DNA of 64,000 nt, from assembly GCA_963851265.1 (NCBI GenBank), contig CAWKNZ010000007.1, forward strand, positions 128,001 to 192,000. Direction: 5' to 3'. The notes under the pieces were generated by a model. It saw only the letters and a list, made by a program, of their open reading frames with translations. It was not told the DNA's origin and made no database searches. Origin of the DNA: an uncultured Gemmatimonadales bacterium (GTDB lineage: Bacteria; Gemmatimonadota; Gemmatimonadetes; Gemmatimonadales; Gemmatimonadaceae). Below, piece after piece: positions 58,962-64,000 of this stretch. Each line of letters opens with the position of its first letter. Within the stretch, counting starts at the first letter, position 1. The position numbers and the translations under genes are program-made.

Positions 58962-59701
58962 GCGCTCGCCAGATACTCGCGCACGCGCGGGTGCGCGGCG
59001 CCGCCGAACAGCGCGGCCGACGCGCCCGCCTCGAGCACGCGTCCGCCCTCGAGCGCGACGAGGTAGGTGCTCGTCGACCGCGCCTCGCGCAGGCGGTGCG
59101 TCACCATCACGACGTCGACCGACCGCTCGGCCGGGAGGCGGGCCACCGTCCGCATGAGCCGCTCGCCGACCTCGGGGTCGAGCGCGGCGGTGGGCTCGTC
59201 GAGGAGCAGCGTCGCGGGCGCCGCGGCGAGCGCGCGGGCCAGCGCCACGCGCTGCCGCTCGCCGCCGGAGAGGCGCGACGCGTCGCGGTCGGCGTAGGCG
59301 CGCGGCAACTCGGCCGCGTCGAGCGCGCGCAGCACCTCGGCCGCGGCGGCCGCGCCGCCGGCCTCCGCGCCGCCTAACGCGATCGCCGCGCGCAGGTTGT
59401 CGGCCACCGTGCCCGCGAACATCGCCGGCGCCTGGAACACGAACCCCACGCGCCGCCGGAGCGCGCGTACCGGATAGCTCGAGACCGGCCGGCCGTCGTA
59501 CGCGACTTCGCCCGCCGTCGGATCGTCGAGGCGGTTGAGCAGGCGCAGCAGCGACGTCTTGCCGGCGCCCGACGGCCCAACGAGGGCCGTGACCTCTCCA
59601 GGGGGGATGGCGAGCGTGACGTCGTGCAGCACGGCCGCGGCGCCGCGCGTCTGCGAGACGCCGCGGAGCGCGAAACGGGGTGGGGCCGCCGACGCCGGAA
59701 T
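58958..59701 (-). CDS. ABC transporter ATP-binding protein (FetA-like)
   Basis: GPSGAGKTS, LSGGERQR, LLLDEPT, VTH; N-terminal strand extends past GTG 59632 to an in-frame ATT at 59701. Confidence 0.88.
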   Translation of the reverse strand: MPASAAPPRFALRGVSQTRGAAAVLHDVTLAIPPGEVTALVGPSGAGKTSLLRLLNRLDDPTAGEVAYDGRPVSSYPVRALRRRVGFVFQAPAMFAGTVADNLRAAIALGGAEAGGAAAAAEVLRALDAAELPRAYADRDASRLSGGERQRVALARALAAAPATLLLDEPTAALDPEVGERLMRTVARLPAERSVDVVMVTHRLREARSTSTYLVALEGGRVLEAGASAALFGGAAHPRVREYLASA

Positions 59702-59705
59702 GCGA

Positions 59706-60677
59706 CTACCGCGCGCCGGCCGCGGCGCGCCGAGCGCCGCGCCCGCGCGCCGGCGAGAGCTGCGCCTGCACCACCGTCTGCGCGATCGCGCGCGTCGACG
59801 CGTCCGACAGCGTCCGCGCGGGCAGCACGAGGTGCCCGGGCAGACGGTGCCGTCCGATGCGCTCGCGTGCGGCTTCGGTGATGTACGTCGGCGCGTCCGG
59901 CGGAATGACGGACAGGTCGTCCCGGCCGGCGACGAGCACGCGCAGGTTCCGCGCGCCCTCCGCGCCGTCGACGAACGCCTGCACGAGCGCGCCGAAGCGC
60001 GCGTCGGCGATGACGGCGTAGGTCACGCGCGTCAGCAACAGGCGCCAGTCGGGGCTCAGCAGGTCGGGGCGCATGTCGATGATGACGTGCGGCACGCCGA
60101 GCCGATCGGCGAGTCGCGCGACCTGCGGTTCGCTCGCTTCCGTGCCGACGACGAAATGCGCGCGCGTGATCGCGCGCGGCAGGTCGTGGTCGTCGCCGCG
60201 CGCGGGCAGGTCCTCGACGACGATGCCGGTCGCCTGCACGCCGAAGTCGTCGCGCAACTCGCGCGCGAGTCCCGCGGCCTGGTCGGTGGTCGCCGCGACG
60301 ATCGCCGCCGCGAGGGAGCGCGAACGCGTGGCCGCGGCGAACGCGTCGACGATCGCGGGTGCGCTCACGCCGCGCCGGATGCCGTCCGCGATCACGTCGG
60401 CCAGCCACTGCGGGCTCGCGCCCTGCGGTGACGGCGTCGTTCCGGCGGCCGGGCGCGTCGAGAGAAATACGCCAGACCGCGGCCGCAGCTCGACCAACCC
60501 CTCGCCTGCCAGCACGCGGTACGCTTCGGCCACGACGCGCGGATCGGCCTTCAGGTCTCGCGCGAGTTCGCGCGTCGACGGCAGGCGCGCCCCGTCGCGG
60601 AGCGCGCCCGACGCGAGCGCCCCGAGGAGCCGTTGGCGGAGCGCGTCGGTGATTCCCTGACGGCGTGGTTGCGGCAT
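59706..60677 (-). CDS. GntR-family regulator with atypical C-terminal domain
   Basis: GARLPSTRELARDL..RVVAEAYRVLAGEGLVELRPRSGVF winged HTH. Confidence 0.85.
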   Translation of the reverse strand: MPQPRRQGITDALRQRLLGALASGALRDGARLPSTRELARDLKADPRVVAEAYRVLAGEGLVELRPRSGVFLSTRPAAGTTPSPQGASPQWLADVIADGIRRGVSAPAIVDAFAAATRSRSLAAAIVAATTDQAAGLARELRDDFGVQATGIVVEDLPARGDDHDLPRAITRAHFVVGTEASEPQVARLADRLGVPHVIIDMRPDLLSPDWRLLLTRVTYAVIADARFGALVQAFVDGAEGARNLRVLVAGRDDLSVIPPDAPTYITEAARERIGRHRLPGHLVLPARTLSDASTRAIAQTVVQAQLSPARGRGARRAAAGAR

Positions 60678-60904
60678 CCAGACCTCGACGGCGTTGAAGC
60701 GGGCGCGCCTGATCCGACGAGGCGGAAGCCGTCGGCGGTCAGTGGCGTGTTCAACCGAACGCCCCCGCCCCCGGAGCGCAACTGCTGCGGACGCGATCGC
60801 GGCAGTTGGCGTCGGCGTGCGAGCGTCCGCGAACGCGTTAGCCACCGCACTCGTTACACTGCGGTCATGATGCACCCGCGCGCGTACCGCGCTCCGACCG
60901 TCGC

Positions 60905-61459
60905 ATGACGCCGCCCGAAGTATGGCTGCGCGGGCCCGTCGCCGACGTGGCACCCGTGCTCCAGCCTGTTGCCCACGCGCTGTTGCAGGCGCGTGAGGAG
61001 GTCGACGCGGTCATGGCCGACTTCCCCGACTCGCGCCTGTGGGACCGCCCGGCAGGCGTCGCGTCGGTGGCGTTCCACCTGCGCCACGTCGCGGGCGTGC
61101 TCGATCGGTTGACGACGTACGCCCGCGGCGAGGCGCTCTCGCCCGACCAGCACGCCGCACTCGCGGCCGAGGAGGCACCCGACGCCACGCTCACCGGTGA
61201 CGCGATGGCGCAGGCGTTTGCGGGGGCGGTCGCGCGCGCGCTCGCCCAACTCCGCGCCACCGACCCCGCGACCGTGTTCGAGCCGCGCGGTGTGGGGCGC
61301 GCGGGGCTGCCGTCGACGGTGCTCGGCTTGCTCGTGCACGCCGCCGAGCACACGATGCGTCACGTGGGCCAACTCACGGTGACGGCGCGCGTCGTGCGCG
61401 CCGCCCCCGTCGCCACTCAGCCGAGCACGCCGAGCCAGTCGCGCGAACCGCCGGCGTAA
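60905..61459 (+). CDS. DinB family protein
   Basis: PEVWLRGP, SVAFHLRHVAG, HAAEHTMRHVGQ. Confidence 0.88.
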   Translation: MTPPEVWLRGPVADVAPVLQPVAHALLQAREEVDAVMADFPDSRLWDRPAGVASVAFHLRHVAGVLDRLTTYARGEALSPDQHAALAAEEAPDATLTGDAMAQAFAGAVARALAQLRATDPATVFEPRGVGRAGLPSTVLGLLVHAAEHTMRHVGQLTVTARVVRAAPVATQPSTPSQSREPPA

Positions 61460-62748
61460 CCGGGGAACAGCCGCGACGTGGTGACCGCGCCGAGGTGCTT
61501 CTCGGCGACCTCGCTGAACACGGCGCGGAAGTCGGTCGTGAGCGCGAGGTCGCGTCCCTCGTTCAACTGCTCGGGTGCGAGCCCGGGCCAGCGGCCGTGC
61601 ACCCTGTGCCCCCGCACGCCGCCGCCGATCGCGAACATGCTGCCCGCGTGCCCGTGGTCGGTGCCGCCGTTCCCGTTCTGGCGCGCGGTGCGTCCGAACT
61701 CGCTCATCGTCAACACGAGCACGTCTTCCATCCGGTCGCCCAGGTCGGCGACGAACGCCGCGATGCTCGCCCCGAAGTCGCCGAGGCGATTGGCGAGCTG
61801 CCCCGTCGCGCCGCCCTGGTTCACGTGCGTGTCCCAGCCGCCGATGTCGGCGAACGCGATCTCCATGCCGACGTTCGCCTTGATCAGCTGCGCGATCTGG
61901 AGCAGGCGCTGACCGAACTGCGACTTCGGGTAGTCCGCGCCGTTCTCGGGCGCGTATTTGCGCGGGTCGGCCGCTCGCAGCACCTTCATCGCCTCGAACA
62001 TCTCGGTGCCCGACGCGTGGATCAGATCGGCCGACCCCGTCGTGTAGAGCGCCTCGAGCCGGCGTTCGGCGTCGCCGCCGGCCGCTCGGATCGTGAACTC
62101 GTCGATCGAGTTCATCGCCACCGTCGGCGCCGGCCCCTCCATCGTGCGCGGGGTCTGCTGCGTCATCGCGACGGCGCGGAAGGGCGAGTCCTTCACCGGG
62201 TGGCCGTGCGCGTCGACGAGGCCCGCGTTGGGCCCGCCCGCCGCGTGCGTCGCGCAGCCGTCCTCGCAGGTGCCCTTCAGGGCGAGGTAGCGGTTGAGCC
62301 ACCCGTCGCGCGTGCCCTTCACGTCGGGCGTCCCCGTCTCCATGAAATCCTGCGCGTCGAAGTGCGACCGCGTCGCGCTCGGGCTGCCGACGGCGTGAAT
62401 GGGCGCGAGGAGGCCGCGGTCCCAGACCGGCTTGAGTGCGCCTAACGCCGGGTGCAGTCCGAAGTGCCCGTCCAGGTCGAGCGCGCCGTTCGGGCGGCCG
62501 GGCTCTGGCACCGCGATGTTCGGGCGCAGCCCGTAGTAGTCGCGGTCGCCGAACGGCACGACCACGTTGAGCGCGTCGGCCGCGCCGCGCTGGAACAGGC
62601 AGACGAGCACCTTGCCGCCGCGCGCGCCGCGGGTCGCGGCGCCGCGGGTGAGTTCCTGCGCGAACGCGCTGCGGCGCAGGAAGCTGGGCGAGAGGCCCAT
62701 CGTCACGAGCGCGAGGGCGCCCGACTTGAGGAAGGTGCGGCGTTGCAT
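61417..62748 (-). CDS. DUF1501 protein with Tat signal
   Basis: MQRRTFLK; FQRGAADALN, RSHFDAQ, GWDTH, SEFGRT, GTDHG, DFR. Confidence 0.9.
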   Translation of the reverse strand: MQRRTFLKSGALALVTMGLSPSFLRRSAFAQELTRGAATRGARGGKVLVCLFQRGAADALNVVVPFGDRDYYGLRPNIAVPEPGRPNGALDLDGHFGLHPALGALKPVWDRGLLAPIHAVGSPSATRSHFDAQDFMETGTPDVKGTRDGWLNRYLALKGTCEDGCATHAAGGPNAGLVDAHGHPVKDSPFRAVAMTQQTPRTMEGPAPTVAMNSIDEFTIRAAGGDAERRLEALYTTGSADLIHASGTEMFEAMKVLRAADPRKYAPENGADYPKSQFGQRLLQIAQLIKANVGMEIAFADIGGWDTHVNQGGATGQLANRLGDFGASIAAFVADLGDRMEDVLVLTMSEFGRTARQNGNGGTDHGHAGSMFAIGGGVRGHRVHGRWPGLAPEQLNEGRDLALTTDFRAVFSEVAEKHLGAVTTSRLFPGYAGGSRDWLGVLG

Positions 62749-62780
62749 GGGGGGACGTCCGGAGGGACGGAGGTGTGAGC

Positions 62781-64000
62781 CTAACGACGCTGGAACTCGG
62801 GCGCGCCCAGCGCGAGCCCGACGAGTTGGGCGAACGGGTCGAGCCGCGCGACGGGACCGGCGAACGGCGGGCGCGCCGTGCCCGGTTTGATCGCCTCGCG
62901 CGCGACGGCGCCCGCGCCGGGCGTGCGCGCGCCGCCGCGCCCGGCCGCCGCGTCCATCATCGAGTCGGCGGTGCGGCCGGACGCGCTGTCGTCGAGCGCC
63001 GGCGCCGCACGCCCCGCCTGTGCGGCGAGCGGGTTCTCCCCTTTCGCGAGCACCGCCCGGGTGTCGGGCGACGCCTCGCCGCCGAGAAACGCGCCGAGCA
63101 CGCCGTCGATCTGCGCGGGCCGGTCTTCGGCCCGGAGCGTCGCGTAGAGCGGCCACGCCGGGAGCGGCGCACCGGGCAGGCGGTTGGCGGCGACCGCCTC
63201 GCCGAAGTTGATCCGGTTGAGGATCGCGCCCGTGTTCAGCCACGCCGCCCCGTAGTCGGGCCAGCCATCGGGCGCCTGGTGTCCGAACATCGGCTGCCCG
63301 AGCCGCGCCACGAGCTGCGCCGTCCGCGGCGTCGTGTCGACCGCGGCGCCGAGCGCGCGCGCCGCGCTGGCGACGAGCTCGAACGGCGTCTTCACCTTCG
63401 CGCGGTATGCGGCGCGGCTGAAGAACTCGGGGCTGTGGAGGATCACGGCGAGCGTCGCGCGGACGTCGCCGTCGCTCCGCGTGAACGCGTCCGCCGCCCG
63501 CGCCACGAGCGCCGTGCTCGGCGAGTCGCTCACGAAGTGCACGCAGAGCTTGCGCGCGATGAAGCGCGCCGTGCTCGGGTGGCGCGCGACGAGGTCGAGC
63601 ACGCGCTCGCCCTCCTCTTCGCCGCGGCCGGCCGGGAACTGCTGGCCGAGGATGACCTTCGCGTCGGCGTCGTGCCACTCGGGGCGGAAGAGAAAGCCGC
63701 CGCCCTGCGCCGGCGGCGCGATCGTCCACCCGGTGAGCGCGCGCGCGACCGCGATCACGTCCTGCTGCGTGTACCCGCCGTCCACGCCTAACGTGTGCAG
63801 CTCCAGCAGCTCGCGGCCGTAGTTCTCGTTGAGCCCGCGCCGGCGCGGCGCGGCGGCGGCCGGCTGCGCCGTCGGCGCGCCGTCCGCGCCGGTGCGACCG
63901 TCGAGCGTGCGGACACCCCCGGCGCCGAACGGCCGCGCGAAGATGCCGCGGCCGCCGAGGACGGGGCGGACGCGCACGCCGGCAAACTGCCCGCCGCCGC
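62781..64000 (-). CDS. DUF1800 protein, 3' part (start outside window)
   Basis: NENYGRELLELHTLG, VARALTGW, HPSTARFIARKL, KVKTPFE, PDGWP, PEFQRR. Confidence 0.9.
   Translation of the reverse strand, partial: GGGQFAGVRVRPVLGGRGIFARPFGAGGVRTLDGRTGADGAPTAQPAAAAPRRRGLNENYGRELLELHTLGVDGGYTQQDVIAVARALTGWTIAPPAQGGGFLFRPEWHDADAKVILGQQFPAGRGEEEGERVLDLVARHPSTARFIARKLCVHFVSDSPSTALVARAADAFTRSDGDVRATLAVILHSPEFFSRAAYRAKVKTPFELVASAARALGAAVDTTPRTAQLVARLGQPMFGHQAPDGWPDYGAAWLNTGAILNRINFGEAVAANRLPGAPLPAWPLYATLRAEDRPAQIDGVLGAFLGGEASPDTRAVLAKGENPLAAQAGRAAPALDDSASGRTADSMMDAAAGRGGARTPGAGAVAREAIKPGTARPPFAGPVARLDPFAQLVGLALGAPEFQRR

Larger units (their letters stand above)
2858..63792. repeat. Dispersed over-represented motif YGTTAGGC (reverse complement GCCTAACR)
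   Basis: 27 exact GTTAGGC/GCCTAAC copies found by eye; coordinates are listed in findings. Confidence 0.85.

Noticed and set aside
2858..63792. bldA-like TTA codon regulation or telomere-like TTAGGC arrays as the explanation for the motif
   Set aside because: The motif also occurs in other frames, at stops and between genes, needs fixed flanks, and is never tandem.

Overview
This is a very GC-rich bacterial window; gene content and style suggest Gemmatimonadota (inference). No rRNA, tRNA or CRISPR array was seen. Bases 1-8900 are visibly less GC-rich. They hold a surface-polysaccharide locus (NtrC-type activator, wzm, neuB-neuC-neuA, AsnB-type amidotransferase, secreted beta-helix lipoprotein) that ends at a frameshifted IS5-family transposase remnant. 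The rest is mostly core-like: hydrolases, MFS transporters, GH2, a Zn-metalloprotease, a Phd/VapC module, a TonB receptor, a DEAD-box helicase, a 2H phosphoesterase, Rho, PBP1A, FetAB and DUF1800/DUF1501. Two signals stand out. (1) A non-palindromic motif YGTTAGGC occurs at least 27 times on both strands, mostly inside genes as a rare TTA-GGC codon pair but also in other frames, at stop codons and between genes, suggesting an undescribed DNA-level signal. (2) A heme-oxygenase-like diiron oxidase is divergently paired with an unusual NPPY methyltransferase, a candidate uncharacterised tailoring or biosynthetic system. Start codons were adjusted by eye and are approximate.
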